32,000 nt of DNA from Sinorhizobium meliloti (GTDB lineage: Bacteria; Pseudomonadota; Alphaproteobacteria; Rhizobiales; Rhizobiaceae): positions 1,380,001 to 1,412,000 of the forward strand of contig NZ_JAGIOS010000003.1 of the NCBI RefSeq assembly GCF_017876815.1, read 5' to 3'. This document shows, in pieces, positions 31,798 to 32,000 of the stretch (the first letter of the stretch is position 1; every line of letters starts with the position of its first letter). A model generated the notes under the pieces. It searched no databases, had not been told where the DNA came from, and saw nothing but the letters and a program-made list of their open reading frames with translations. Position numbers and translations under genes: made by a program.

Positions 31798-31869
31798 CCG
31801 ATGAAGCCGCCCCTTTGTTCCGAGATGATTGCGCCCCCGGTTTCCGGGATGATCTCGCCCCCTGTTTAG
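31798..31869. repeat. three tandem 24-bp subterminal repeats (transposase-binding-site-like) of the IS21 end
   Basis: The repeats are CCGATGAAGCCGCCCCTTTGTTCC / GAGATGATTGCGCCCCCGGTTTCC / GGGATGATCTCGCCCCCTGTTTAG, with the consensus GATGA-N4-GCCCC-N1-3-GTTTCC. A partial fourth copy is at 31782-31797. Confidence 0.7.
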
Positions 31870-31915
31870 TGGGGTCTGCAGGCGATGATTGTTGTCAGTT
31901 CATTCAGGCGAGGTG

Positions 31916-32000
31916 TCAAGCTTTGCGCGGTAGATTTCGGCGCAGACTATCGCCGCTCAATTCGATGCGGTGGGCATTGTGGACCAACCTGTCGAGTATG
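31916..32000 (-). CDS. istB: IstB-like ATP-binding helper protein, C-terminal 27 codons (partial)
   Basis: The minus-strand translation ILDRLVHNAHRIELSGDSLRRNLPRKA* matches the conserved IstB C-terminus (..ILDRL.H.A..I...G.S.R). Confidence 0.8.
   Translation of the reverse strand, partial: ILDRLVHNAHRIELSGDSLRRNLPRKA

Larger units (their letters stand above)
31781..32000 (-). mobile_element. IS21-family element, terminal part (continues beyond the window)
   Basis: The terminus begins with TG (TGAGTTGATTGCC...). It has multiple subterminal 24-bp repeats and an istB 3' end inside. The orientation is minus. Confidence 0.75.

Overview
High-GC (about 60% by eye) alphaproteobacterial DNA. The gene families (Ros/MucR, SyrB-like proteins, repeated IS, a parA-oriT-mobC-relaxase module) suggest a Rhizobiaceae accessory plasmid or island; this origin is an inference. 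The window is a mosaic in four parts. (1) Five IS elements: an IS5-family IS (1386-2318, TAA duplication), an IS5/IS427-group IS with an A6G -1 frameshift site (9504-10353), an IS66 element (19779-22476, 8-bp duplication CATGAAAT) inserted exactly at the start codon of an IS110-family recombinase gene (22478-23515), and an IS21-family end with a partial istB (31781-32000). (2) An orphan, partly frameshifted phage-type lysis cassette (GH19 endolysin, overlapping spanin pair, holin; 2524-4339), followed by a lower-GC cassette of unknown function. (3) A run of decayed genes: LigD fragment, alanine/cation symporter, P450 fragment, methyltransferase fragment, trxB, and SyrB-like, IS110 and parG remnants. 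(4) A plasmid maintenance and mobilisation backbone: XRE regulator, higBA, parA/RHH-parG/orf130, a predicted oriT with an RP4/T-border-like GGCAGGATA nick core, mobC and an 814-aa relaxase. Part of this backbone occurs as two diverged, reciprocally decayed copies. Intact housekeeping-type genes include cspA, a NUDIX hydrolase, a Ros/MucR variant lacking two zinc ligands, a flavin reductase, a Tat-signal DUF1254/DUF1214 protein with a divergent WYL/YafY regulator, and a stand-alone WGR protein. I saw no rRNA, tRNA or CRISPR array. All calls come from reading the ORF translations and the sequence by eye; no searches or folding programs were run.
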